A stretch of 64,000 nucleotides of DNA, from assembly GCA_051294375.1 (NCBI GenBank), contig CM119270.1, forward strand, positions 10,498,766-10,562,765, written 5' to 3'. The stretch is from Paraspadella gotoi. Taxonomy: Eukaryota; Animalia; Chaetognatha. The position numbers were made by a program, and so were the translations under genes. Every line of letters starts with the position of its first letter. Within the stretch, counting starts at the first letter, position 1. Shown here one piece after another: positions 23,324 through 36,570 of the stretch. The notes under the pieces are model-generated. The model searched no databases and was not told the DNA's origin. It saw nothing but the letters and a program-made list of their open reading frames with translations.

Positions 23324-26300
23324 ATTAAAGCCCGGAAAAAGTGACAATCTGGGGAGGGAGGGGGTGAGGGATGGGGGTGGAGGGAGGAAGTTGGAGAAAA
23401 GCCTCCGAGGAAGTAGGGGGAAGGGACAGGGGGGGAGTCGATGGAGGAAAACCGAGAAACATGAAGATAAAAAAGAATGAAATTGATGGAGGGCAGATAG
23501 TTCTCATTTTCCAAGTCATTAGGAGCCATGTGCTAATGACTCCAACTTGCGAGAGCCAAAAGCGCGCTGGCAAAAAATACAAAAACTGCTCTCTCTCCTC
23601 TCTCTCTCTCTCTAGGTCTCGCGCAGATTGATCCATCACGACGCCTATGTGTTCCGCCTTATCACCGTCTCTCTTCTCTCTCTCTCTCTTTCTCTCTTTT
23701 TTTTTCTCTATTTAGTTGTCCGTTACTCTTTCTTCTTTGGATTCGCTCGAGCGGCGGAATGAAAAATCTCATCATTTATAAACCTGAAAATGTAACACTT
23801 GTAACTTGAAAAAAAAAACCAAAATAAACCTGAAAGTTTAAACTGCGTAGGTATACATTTTGTTTTTATACATTTTGAGCATTTTATTTTTGGCCAGAGT
23901 TAAATTTAAAAAAAAGAAACACTGTTACTATTCCATTAGTTTTTTCCCATTTATCTTTATTTCAAAAATTAATACTCAGTCTTTCTAATTTCATTACAAT
24001 TAAGCGACACGTCGTCACAACCGAGTTGCCTTAGAAATCGTCTTTAACACTGAAGCGACCCCTAGTTTTTTCTCTTTAAGATTATCTCCCGAATTCTGGA
24101 GAAATATTCCAAGGCGTTAGCGTTTGCGCCTTTGGTGGCCACCGCTTATCAGTTGTCGTCGCCTCTCTCTCTCTCCTCTCTCTCTCCCTCTCTCTCTCTC
24201 TCTCCTCTCACTAATCTCTCTCTCTCCATCCTCTCTTCTCTCGTCTCCATCGACACATTCACCGTCCCTGCAACCTGCATCCCACAGGCGACCTTACTCG
24301 TTAACTACCTCCAAGCCCGTCTATGTACCTATGTCTTTTCGGTCTGTCTTCCTCTCTTTCTTTTTCTCTAGCTCGCATTTCGTTTCCTTTCCGATTCCTT
24401 TTTTTTATTTTCTCTTCTTTCTTTAATTTCTTGTTTATCTCCGCACTTTTCCATTCTCCCATTTTTTTTCTCTTCCTCCGCAATTGTTTTTTTCACAAAC
24501 TTTAGTTTTTCTACCTACGTTTTTCGACTTTCCGATTTCTTTCTGAAACCTCACTGAATTGAACCCCCAGCCTCCGCTCTACTCCTGCTGATCAAACCCC
24601 CCCCCCGCCCCGAACCCGACACTACTTCTCTTTGAGTTTGTCGGGAGAAGTAACATCTCGACGACTGCCGACTTATCTGTCGGAAATATTGGCGTCGATT
24701 TAGACGCCAAAAAACGACGCGCGCCTATACTTCTTTTCTCTCCCGCTCAGCATCTTTTATTCTGTCTCCCCTGGAGGAGAGAAGGGATCGTCCGTATATT
24801 TATCCATCTGTCCTGCACCGCAAATAGAAAAAAATAAATAAAATGTCCTGTTTTTTTGGCATCAGCTCTGTCATGGGTAATTTCGGTTTTTTTTTTTAAT
24901 CTGTCGCAAACACTCACTATTCAGTTTTACTGTCTTCTTTTACTTGTTTTTGTAATACAGTCAGATGGGTTGGCAAAATCTTCTCTATCCGAAATCTCTT
25001 TCTCTCCTCTTCGTCTTCCCTCATGGTCTCTCTCTCTCTCTCCTCCCTCTCTCTCTCTCTCTCTCTCCATCCACCCATGCTCACACTCTCCATCCACTCC
25101 CTCTACCTTCACAGTTGACGACATTTCTCCTCGAGGAAACGACGACTCAAAATTGCTTTTATTCAGTTTTTGGTTGGTGGGGCTCGTTTTAGCTTCAATC
25201 TCCTTCTATATATCTCAAAAGAACCGAAATCCATTAAGAGAACCGCACACGAGGCAGAGCCGTACGTTTTTTTTCCGGCATTTTGTTTTTTCATTCTATA
25301 AAAAAATCCTTTTCTCCTTTTATTTTCCCGCTTTGTTGTTTGGCTGCTTCCGATTTTTATTTTCCTCATTTTTTTTTCTCTCTCTTTTTTTGTTCGTGGT
25401 TGGTGGAACTCTCTGTATCCCAACTGCGTTTATTTATACGCCTCTTCATCTCCATACTAACGCAGTGTGCAACATCGGATTCGCCGTTTTGCAACAATCT
25501 CGATGAAAGGCTTTCATTTCCTAAAGCACAAAGGGTTTTTCTCGTCCCTTTTTGTGTCGCGGCGTCATTCAATGGTTTCCGCTCTCTCTCTGGCTCTCTC
25601 TCTTTCGCTTTCTCTCTCTCTCTCCTTTCCCTCTCTCTGCTCTCTCTCGTGTTCCGTCAAGTCTCCTCTCTCTCTCCTCCGTCTCCTCTCTTCTCTCTCT
25701 TTTTTGCTTCATTCAATGGCTTCCACATAAGTAGGCCGTTTCCATCTCCGCAACTGGGTTTTTTCTATTTTCTTTCTCTTTCTTTCCTTTCTTTCTTCTA
25801 GGTCCTATTCTTTCTTTCTTTCTTTCTTTTCTTTGCTTTCTTTCTTTCTTTCTTTCTTTCTTCTTTTTTTCTTTCTTTCTTTCTGCTTTCTTTCTTTTTT
25901 CTTTCTTCTTTTTTCTTTCCTTCTTTCTTTTTTTCATTTCTCCTCTTTTTATTTTCTTTCATTTTCTTTTTTTTTTTCTTTCTTTCTTTTTCTCTTCCTT
26001 TCTTTCTTCTTCTTTCTTCTTTCTTTTCTTTTCTTTCTTTCTTTCTTTCTTTCTTTTTCTAAATTATAAATCTACCTTTGTCGGTCCGTCGGTCCCACCC
26101 CAAAATCTTGTCGGTAAGTAACCTAAATCATCTCAGAATATCGAATTATTAATAAAATTTTTCAAAAATATTTACGTCCGTCGTTCATCCATCCGTCCCG
26201 TCCTTCTGTAAGTCCGTCGTTCTGTCTCCCCTAGCTTTGAACCCAATTACTCAGTAATGTTTTGGGCGATTGAATTGAAATTTTGTAATTTGGGTAGAAA

Positions 26301-27707
26301 GTTGTTGTGATTGGCAAAAATCGAGTTTCGATGGAATCGTCTAAATAGAAATGAGTAAAAAATGAAAAATCAAAAATCCATTTCACTATTTGATATGCTT
26401 TTTGTCCTTTTTTAGTCGGGATCTGCTTATCAGCAGATCCCCACCTCTAATAATTCACTTTGTCGGTCTGTCGGTCCACCCCCTCAATCATATCGTCATT
26501 CACTTATAGTCATTTTAAGAAATATCGAATTATTTTAATTATGCAAATTAAAACGTTTTCATCGTCTGTCTGTCTGTCATCTATCTTATCTATCTGTCTG
26601 TCTGTCTTTCGTTTCCTACTTAGCAAATAAACAACCAATTACTCGGATGAATGGATGGATTGGAAATGTAGACATTTTTTGTGTGGGTTAGGGGAATGCA
26701 TGAATTAGCTGGAAATCAGTTTTCGATGGGAATCGTTTGAGTGAAATGAAGTTAAAAATGAAAAAACAACAAAATACTCTTTCACTCATTGATTATGCTA
26801 CTTTTTCTTTTTATATTAAATTAAAATGCAAGAGGTATTAATTAATCAATAAATAATTAGTTTATTTAATCAATTAGTCAAATAAATTAATTAATAATTA
26901 ATTAATCATTCAATTAATCAATCAAAACAACATTTAATAAAATAATTAATAGATTATTAACTTTAATTAATTAATTAATTATGATAATGATCGTGGGCAG
27001 ATCCGACATTGTTTGCCTCAACTTGTTATATTAAAATGTAAATTCAAGCAGCATCAATTAATTATTGATAATTAGTAATCAATTATTAATTGTTAATATT
27101 ATTGTAATTAAATCAATTAATAAAATAATGAAAATTGTTGTTTTTGTGATTGAAAGCCAACAAAGTGAAAACGATTTTGACGGCGATAAAAAATTAATAT
27201 TAATTAATTAATTTAAATTTTTAATTAATAAATTACTGAGCAGCTGTTACCGCTAATGATAGTGTCTTGCATTTTTTATTTCTGTAATTTTTTATCATAA
27301 TTTTATTTTTTATAAAGTTATTTCTATCATGACTACAGAAAATACATATTTTTACTGTGATAAAGTAAAAAATAGTAGAATATCATAACTCGGTAAATGC
27401 TAATCAGCGACTACCCTGTCACATATTTTCTTTTTTCTCTATCCTTCCTCCAACCTCCTTTCTCTTTCATCCTTCACTTTCATGCCCTCATCCCGCAAAT
27501 TTCCCTTTGACATCACTTGCCTCCCTTTCCTCCCTTTCTCGCTTCCCCTCTTTATCCAAAAAACAACCTTTCATCTTTATTTTGCTTCTTTTGAATTTAG
27601 AACTCATTTATTTTCTTTTCGGCAAACTGAAAAAAATTATCATTCGTTAGACATAACCCACCCACACTCTCTCTCCATGACAATTCTTTATCAGGACCGT
27701 TCCGGAT
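23324..27707. repeat. Left arm of ~4.4-kb inverted duplication (partner 31884-36570)
   Basis: Colinear reverse-complement match throughout, differing mainly by small indels; starts exactly at a 25-N gap. Confidence 0.9.
26070..27027 (-). mobile_element. Helentron/DINE-1-like element with duplicated 3' half (mirror copy 32538-33590, +)
   Basis: tgtcggtccgtcggtcccacc, tctgtctgtc microsatellite and ggcagatccgacattgtttg..aacttgtt match the ends of the 6290-7665 element. Confidence 0.65.
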
Positions 27708-27871
27708 TCCCAACCTCAAATTTAAATCCATATAGAAAATCATTCTTTTTTTTTCGTCTGAAGAAACTTGGAATAACTTAAAATTAGTTTTTCCCAGGTG
27801 GGGTCAAAAAATTTTTTGATTTTTTTTTTTTTCCTGTGGTTTTTTTTTTTTTTTTGGGGTTTTTTTTATTT

Positions 27872-27926
<55 letters not shown>

Positions 27927-27945
27927 TTTTTTTTTTTTTTTTTAT

Positions 27946-27994
<49 letters not shown>

Positions 27995-29369
27995 CGTTTG
28001 TTTTTTTTCTTTCTGGAGATGTTGTCTCTCAGCCTTCTGCCTCTGCTGTTGTATTATCTCATCGTTCTCCGGTCGTCGCTCTCATTCCTCTTGGCGGGCG
28101 TTGTAGGGTACGTGGAGGTTCTAGCCCTCCGTCGTGTGATCCCCGCTCCTACTCTCTCGCTATATCTCCTCCCCAGTCTCATCTGCTGGCTGTTAGGTTT
28201 AGATTAGGTTTAAGAATTAGATTGGTGGGTTTAGGTTAGGCGTTTAAAGACTTATGTTTAACTGTTCAGGATTAATTAATTGAAAAATATTTAAAACTCG
28301 TATTTAAGGTAAGGTTTAAGAAATTAAGATTCTTTAAGATTATGGTTAAAGATTATAATATAAGTTTTAAAACAAATTAAGGCAAAATATAAGCGTTAAA
28401 ATTTTAGTTTCGGCATAAAGGAATAGAAATGGGACGCTTGGGAAAATAGAACCTAATTCCTTCATTCGCTTTTCCTTCTTTTTTAGTCAACGTTGAAATT
28501 CATTTGGAGTTAGGCGAGAAATCTCGGGGTTCCAGCCGACCTTCGCCGAAAAAGTCCAGACGAATTTGCAAAAAAGAACAACGACCAACACAACACACCA
28601 AAAAGAAGGCGGTTTTGTCGGTTTTGGGTCGTTTTGTCGGTTTGGTCGATTTTGTCGCTGTATAAGTTCGGTTTGTTCGGTCTTGAGGGAGAAAAAAAAT
28701 GTTTCAAGTTAATTTTTCCCCATCAGTTGAGACCAAAGAAGATAAGAGGAAAGACAAATTCCGTTCGTGAAATTCTTATTTCCAAGACTTAAAGAATAAT
28801 TGATATAAGAAAACAAAACCAAAGCGACTTTGGTCTTAAAGAGTACGAAACATGAAAATAGAACATAAAATCAAATATAAGTTATAGTTTTAATTAGAAT
28901 TAGTTTACTTACATGATCCATTTAAAAAAAAAAGAAATTCATTTAGATAGTCCTGTCTCATCTCCTCTCTTCTCTCTCTCTCTTCTCTCTCCCTCTCTCT
29001 CTTCTCTCTTCTCTTTCTCTTTCTTTCTTTATCTCTCCTCTCTCCCTCTCCTCTCCTCTCTCTCTCCCATCCACATCACACAGGTGGCATATTCATTAAC
29101 TGGCCAGTGCGTTGCGCCCTCTTTAATTGCCAAATTCCCGTCGCCGCATCGCGTCGCCACACATCAGTCAATAACATTAACAACCCGAGTAATTTGTTAA
29201 TTTCTTTTTTTCATAATCTTTCGTAAAGTAAAATTAATAAAATTTTTAACTATTTTAACATTCTTAAATAGTTTCATCTTTCTCCCGTTATATTTTTCCG
29301 CGACTTTTTCCCACCAATCACCCATTTGACACCTTCTATCTATCGCTCCTTCAGAATCAATTCCGCGCA

Positions 29370-30112
29370 CGCACCCTCCCGCATTTCTCCTCCCCTTCCT
29401 CCTCCCCCTCTCCCATCCTTCCCTCGCAATTCGCCACCCCCTTACCCTTCCTCCTCCCCTCTCCATCCCTTCCGACCCCTTATCGCATCGCCCACCCCCT
29501 TACCCTTCCTCCTCCCTGCTCCATCCCTTTCCCCTTTCGCAATCTCCGGCCCACGCCCTTCCCTTCCTCCTCCCCTCCTACCATCCCTTCCCTTTCGCAT
29601 TCGCCCACCGGGCCCCTTCCCTTCCTCCTCCCCTCTCCATCCTTCCCCCTTTTCGCATTCGCACATCGCCACCTTCCCCATTCCTCCTCCATCTCCATCC
29701 CTTCCCCCTTTCGCAATTCGCCCACCCCCTTCCCTTCGCTCCCTCCCTCTCCCACTCCCTTCCTCCTTCTCGCAATTCGAGCCCCACCCTTCCCTTCCTC
29801 CACCCATCTCCAATCCGCTTCCCTCCTTTCGCAATTCGCCCACCCCCTTCCCTTCCTCTCCCAATCCCCATCCCTTCCCCTTTCCGCAATCGCCACATTC
29901 GACCCTTCCCTCCTCCTCCCCATCTTCTCCAGTCCCTCCCTTCGCAATTGCGCCCAACCCCCTTCCCCTTCCTCCTCCTCTCCATCCCTTCCCCCTTTCG
30001 CATTCCGCCCACCCCCTTCCTACCTCTCATCCCCTCCATCCCTTCCCCCTTTCGCATATCGCACCCCTTCCCTTCCTCTCCCCTCATACATCCCTTCCCC
30101 CTTTCGCAATCA
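29370..30112. repeat. ~58-bp C-rich minisatellite
   Basis: Repeated cgcaattcgcccaccccttcccttcctcctcccctctccatcccttccccctt. Confidence 0.85.
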
Positions 30113-30161
30113 GCCTCATATCGTTGCGTCTCCCTCCTCCATCTCTCTCTCTTCTCTCTCT

Positions 30162-30192
<31 letters not shown>

Positions 30193-30334
30193 TTTCATCA
30201 TGATTATAATTCTCTTTTTCTCGGATTCTCTGTTTTAGTTTAGTAACTTTAATTCAATATTAAATTCGCCCCAATTGAATTTTCTGCCTTACAACATTCT
30301 TAATATCACTCTCCTTATATTATTTCAATTTTTC

Positions 30335-31551
30335 CCTTTATCCATTTCCCTTCGCCCATTTTCTCCTCTCTTCCTACCGTCTCCCTCCTTAATTCATCCT
30401 CTTCGTCTCCCTCTCTGTCTCCCACTCTCTTTTCTCGACTCTCCCTCCTCTCGTGAATGGGTGCCTTCATTGAATGTGAGCTGCGGTGTCGGTGACATCA
30501 AAGAAATGAAATAAGGAAGAAAGAGGAAAACAACACAAAGTCTGCGAATGAATAAAATTTCCAGAGAGAGAGAGAGAGAGAGAGGAGAGAGGAGAGATAA
30601 GAAAGAGTGAGAGAGAGGAGAGAGAGAGAGAGAGAGAAGAGAGAGAGAAGAGAGAGAGAGATAGAAGAAAGAAAGAGAGAGGAGAGAGAGGAGAGACCGA
30701 GAGAGAGAGGAGAGATAGAGAGAGAGAGAGAGGAGTGGAGAAGGGCAGAAGGAGAGAGTGAGGAGAGAGGAGAGAGAGAGGGAGTGAGAGAGAAGAGAGA
30801 GAGAGAGAGGGGCGGGGGGAGAGATGAAAGGCTCTAACGGCATACCGCACAGAGAGTCGGATTTTACCGGTGTGAAAGTCGCTGCGAGAGAGAAAAAAAA
30901 AAGATGAGAGAGAGAGAGAGAACGAGAGAGGGAGAGAGAAGAGAGAGAGGAGACGAGAGAAGAGAGAGAGAGAGAGAGAGAAGAGAGAGAGAGGGAGAAA
31001 ACCGACGTCCATCAATTCAAACATTTTATTTTTGTTTTTTTCTTCAACAGTGTGCACAGAACGAATTTCTCTTTCTTCGCGTCCCGCGTGCTCTGCGTCT
31101 CTCGCCCGCGGACAATGCATTCATTTTCATTTACATTCTTTAAAAGGAGAAAAGACACAGATATGAGACTGAGACGATGACGACGAACACAAAGTGGAGG
31201 ACAAAGAAGAGAAAAAACAGCTCGGGGGTGTTGTTGGTGGGGACCCCCGGGGTAAGTTAGGGGTGAGAGGTTGGTGGAGATGGATTTAGAGTTTTGTGCG
31301 GGACAACAAGCCAGAAGAGTTAAATTTTATTCATTCCGCAGACTTTGTGTTGTTTTCCTCCTTTTCTTCCTTTTATTCATTTCCTTTTGATGTCACCGAC
31401 ACCGAGCTCACATTCAATGAAGGCACCCATTCACGAGAAGGAGGGAGAGTCGAGAAAGAGAGTGGGAGACAGAGAGGGAGACGAAGAGAGGAATAAGGAG
31501 GGAGACGGAGGAAGAAGAGGAGAAAAATGGCGAAAGGGAAATGGATAAAGA
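30335..31551. repeat. Inner inverted pair (30335-30562 and 31320-31551) near the centre of the large inversion
   Basis: tcgtgaatgggtgccttcattgaatgtgagct mirrored by agctcacattcaatgaaggcacccattcacga. Confidence 0.85.
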
Positions 31552-31883
31552 NNNNNNNNNNNNNNNNNNNNNNNNNNNNNNNNNNNNNNNNNNNNNNNNN
31601 NNNNNNNNNNNNNNNNNNNNNNNNNNNNNNNNNNNNNNNNNNNNNNNNNNNNNNNNNNNNNNNNNNNNNNNNNNNNNNNNNNNNNNNNNNNNNNNNNNNN
31701 NNNNNNNNNNNNNNNNNNNNNNNNNNNNNNNNNNNNNNNNNNNNNNNNNNNNNNNNNNNNNNNNNNNNNNNNNNNNNNNNNNNNNNNNNNNNNNNNNNNN
31801 NNNNNNNNNNNNNNNNNNNNNNNNNNNNNNNNNNNNNNNNNNNNNNNNNNNNNNNNNNNNNNNNNNNNNNNNNNNNNNNNNNN

Positions 31884-34800
31884 ATCCGGACGGGTCATGA
31901 TGAAAGAATGTCATGGAGAGAGAGAGTGGGTGGGTGTCTCAACGAATGAAATTTTTTTTCAGTTTGCGAAAGAAAATAAATGAGTCTAAATTCAAAAGAA
32001 GCAAAATAAAGATGAAAGGGTTTTTTGGATAAAGAGGGAAGCGAGAAGGGAGGAAAGGGAGGCAGTGATTCGAAAAGGAAAAATGAAAATGGAGGAAAGA
32101 GAAAGGAGGTTGGAGGAAGGATAGAGAAAAAGGAAAATATGTAGACAGGGTATGTTCGCTATTAGATTTACCGAGTTATGATATTCTACTATAGTTTTTA
32201 CTTTATCACAGTAAAAATATGTATTTTCTGTAGTCATGATAGAAATAACTTTAATAAAAAATAATTATGATAAAAAATTACAGAAATAAAAATGCAAGAA
32301 CGATCATTAGCGGTAAGCAGCTGCTCAGATAATTTATTAATTAAAAAATTAAATAATTAATTAATATTAATTTTTTTTATTCGCGTCAAAATCGTTTTCC
32401 ACTTTGTTGGCTTTCAATCACAAAACAACAATTTCGATTATTTTATTAATTGATTAATTACAAAATAATTAACAATTAATTAATTGATTACTAATTTATC
32501 AATAATTAATTGATGCTGCTTGAATTTACATTTAATATAACAAGTTTGAGCAAACAATGTCGGATCTGCCCACGATCATTATCATAATTAATTAATTAAA
32601 GTTAATTAATTAATTAATTAATTTTTATCTGAAATGTTGGTTTTGATTGATTAATTGACTGATTAATTAATTATTGATTAATTATTTGACTAATTGATTA
32701 AATAACTAATTATTTATTTGATTAATTAATACCTCTTGCATTTAAATTAAATATTAAAAAGAAAAAGTAGCATAATCAAGCCGAGGGAAAGAGTATTGTT
32801 GTTGTTTTTTTTCATTTAAATCTCATTTCCCACTCAAAAACCGATTTCCAATCGAAACTTGATTTCCCAAGCTTAATCAAATGCACTTCCCTACCCACAC
32901 TAAACTGTCATTCCAATCCCATAATCCATCCATTCAATCACGGTAAACTTGGTATTTTTTGCTAAGGTGGGAAAGACAGACAGACAGTACTCCAGACAGA
33001 TATAGATAGATTAGTACCAGACAAGAACAGACGGAGGAAAATTCTGTTTTTTTATTTTGCATAATTAATAATTCGAATATTCTAATAATGATATATAAGT
33101 GAAAATTGCCCCGACTTCGGATTGGGGGGGCGGACGCGACGGACCGACAAGGTGAATTATATCGAGTGGGGAAGATTCCGTCTGCTGATAACAGATCCGA
33201 CTAAAAAGAACAAAAAGGCATAATCAACTCATAGTGAAATGGATTTTGCTTTTTTCCATTTTTTACCCCACTATCAATTTCCATTTAGAACGATTCCTGT
33301 GAAACTCCGATTTTTCTGCTTCAATGCAAACGCATTGACACTTTTTCTACCCACCAATAACAAAATTTCAATTCAATCGCCTCCAAACATTACTACTGAG
33401 GTAATAATGGCGTTGTCAAACAAGCTAACGGAGGACAGGACGGATACGGACCGTACAGAAGGACGGACGGAATGGATGAACGGACGCTGAACGTAGCATT
33501 TTTTTATTTTTCTTGAAAAATTCTGAGATGATCTTAAGGTTACTTTACCGACAAGATTTTTGGGGTGGGACCGACGGACCCGCAAAGTAGAATTATTAAA
33601 TTTTAAGCAAAAAGAAAGAAAAAGAAAGAAAGAAAAAAAGAAAAAGAATGAAGAAATAAAAAAAGAGAGAAAAAGAAAAAAAAGAAAGAAAGAAAAGAAA
33701 AAAAAGAAAAGAAAGAAAGATAAAAGAAGAAAAGAAAAAAAGAGAGAAAGAAGAAGAAAGAAGAAGAAGAAAGGAAAGGAAAGAAGAAAGAAAGAAAGAA
33801 AGAAGAAAGAGAGAAAGGAAAGAAAGCAAAGGAAGAAAGAAAGAGAGAAAAGAAGAAGAAAGAAAGGGANNNNNNNNNNNNNNNNNNNNNNNNNNNNNNN
33901 NNNNNNNNNNNNNNNNNNNNNNNNNNNNNNNNNNNNNNNNNNNNNNNNNNNNGAGAGAGAGCCAGAGAGAGAGCGGAAACCATTGAATGACGCCGCGACA
34001 CAAAAAGGGAGAGAAAAACCCTGTGCTTTAGAAATGAAGCCTTTCATCGAGATTGTTGCAAAACGGCGAATCCGAAGTTGCACACTGCGTTAGTATGGAG
34101 ATGAAGAGGGCGTAGAAATAAACGCAGTGTGATACAGAGAGTTCCACAACCACGAACAAAAAAAGAGAGAGAAAAAAAATGAGAAAATAAAACGGAGCAG
34201 CCAAACAAACAAAGCGGGAAAAATAAAAGGGAGAAAAGAATTTTTTTTAGAATGAAAAAAAAAATGCCGGAAAAAAAACGTAGGCTCTGCTCGTGTGCGG
34301 TCTTAATGGATTTCGGTTCTTTGAGATGATATAGAAGGAGTTGAAGCTAAAACGAGGCCCCACCAACCAAAACTGATAAAAGCAATTTTGAGTCGTCGTC
34401 TTCCTCGAGGAGAAATGTCGTCAACTGTGAAGGTAGAGGGAGTGGAGGAGAGTGTGAGATGGAGTGAGTTTTCCGACAGATTAAAAAAAAACCCGANNNN
34501 NNNNNNNNNNNNNNNNNNNNNNNNNNNNNNNNNNNNNNNNNNNNNNNNNNNNNNNNNNNNNNNNNNNNNNNNNNNNNNNNNNNNNNNNNNNNNNNNNNNN
34601 NNNNNNNNNNNNNNNNNNNNNNNNNNNNNNNNNNNNNNNNNNNNNNNNNNNNNNNNNNNNNNNNNNNNNNNNNNNNNGAAATTACCCATGACAGATGCGG
34701 ATGCCAAAAGAAACAGACATTTTATTTATTTTTTTCTTTTGCGGTGGCACGGACAGATGGATAAATATACGGACGATCCCTTCTCTCCTCCAGGGGGAGA

Positions 34801-36183
34801 CAGATAAAAAGATGCTGAGCGGAGAAGTAGCGCGCGTCGGTTTTTTGGGGTCTAAATCGACGCCAATTTTCCCGACAGATAAGTCGGCAGTCGTCAGTGA
34901 GTTTTCCGACAGATTAAAAAAAAACCCGAAAATTACCCATGACCCAGGATTGCGATGCCAAAAGAAACAGACATTTATTGTAAATTTTTTCTTTGCGGTG
35001 GACGGACAGATGGATAAATATACGACGATCCCCTTCTCTCCTCCAGGGAAGACAGATATTAAAAAAGATCTGGAGCCGGAGAAAGATATAGCGCGCGTCA
35101 GGTTTTTGTCGTCTAAATCGACGCCAATTTTCCCGACAGATAAGTCCGCAGTTCGTCGAGATGTTTACTTCGGCCCGACAAAACTTCAAAGGAGAAGTAG
35201 TGTCGGGTCGGTGTTGGGGTTTGANNNNNNNNNNNNNNNNNNNNNNNNNTGATCAGCAGGAGTAGAGCGGAAGGCTGGGTCAATTCAGTGAGGTTCAGAA
35301 AGATCGAAAGTCGAAAACGTAGGTAGAAAAACTAAAGTTTGTGAAAAAAACAATTAGCGGAGGAAGAGAAAAAATGGGAAGAATGGGAAAAGGGCGGAGA
35401 AAAACAAGGAAATTAAAAAGAAAAGAAGAGAAAATAAAAAAAAGGAATCGGAAAGGAAACGAAATGCGAGTAAGAGAAAAAGAAAGAGAGGAAGACAGAC
35501 CGAAAGACATAGGTACATAGACGGCTGGAGGTTAGGTAACGAATAAGGCGCCTGTGGGATTGAGTTGCGGACGGGTGAAATGTGGCATGAGACGAGAAGA
35601 GAGAGAGAGAGAGAGAGATGAGAGAGAGACGGAAGGAGAGACAGAGAGAGAGAGAGGGAGAGAGAGAGAGAGGCCGACGACAACTGATAAGCCGGGGCAC
35701 CCCCAAAGGCCGCAAACGCCTAAACGGCCTTTGAATATTCTCAGAATTCGGGAGATAAGTTCTTAAAAGAAAAAAACTAGGGCTCGCCCCCAGGTTAAAG
35801 ACGATTTTTTAAGCAACTCGGGTTTGTCACGACAGTGTCGCTCTGAATTTTGTAATGGAGAAAGTTAGAAATTGTATTGAAGTTTTTGAAATAAATAAAA
35901 ATGGAAAAAAACTATGGAATAGTGATTACCAGTGTTCTTTTTTTTTAAATTTTTTTACTCTGGCAAATATAAAAATGCTCAAAATGTAAACAAAATGTAT
36001 ACCTACGCAGTTTTAAACTTTTCAGTTTTTATTTTGGTTTTTTTTGTTTTCAAGTACAATGTTACATTTCATGGTTTATAAATTGATAGATTTTTATTCG
36101 CGCTGAGCGAAATCAAAGAAGAAAGAAGTAACGGAGCTAAATAGAGAAAAAAAAAAAAAAAAGGAGAGAAGAGGAGAGAGGAT

Positions 36184-36241
<58 letters not shown>

Positions 36242-36570
36242 GAGAGGTTTTTTGTGATTTTGCAGGGCGCCTTTTTGCTTCCTCCCAAGTGAGCGAGTCA
36301 TTAGCACTTTGGCTCCTATGATGATGGGAGAGAAAATGAGAAAACTTATTGCTCGCCTCATCACAATCAAATTCTTCTTCCTTTATATCTTCATTGGTTT
36401 CTCATGGTTTTTTTCCGTCCATCGACTTCCCCTTCTCGTCCTTTGCCTCTCCCCGCTCTTCCTCAGGGAGGCTTTTTCTCCCCTTATCTTCCTTTCCGCT
36501 TCTCAGGCGCCCCCTCGCTCAACAAACCCTCACCCCTCCCCAGATTGTCACCTTTTCCCGGCCTTTTAAT
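31884..36570. repeat. Right arm of inverted duplication
   Basis: Reverse complement of 23324-27707; includes N gaps and a local ~250-bp stutter near 34680-35160. Confidence 0.9.

Noticed and set aside
27820-27990. Poly-T tract as retrocopy tail
   Set aside because: No adjoining retroposed body or TSD; lies in a low-quality segment
12427-35252. Long ORFs containing X runs
   Set aside because: Open only because they cross N gaps
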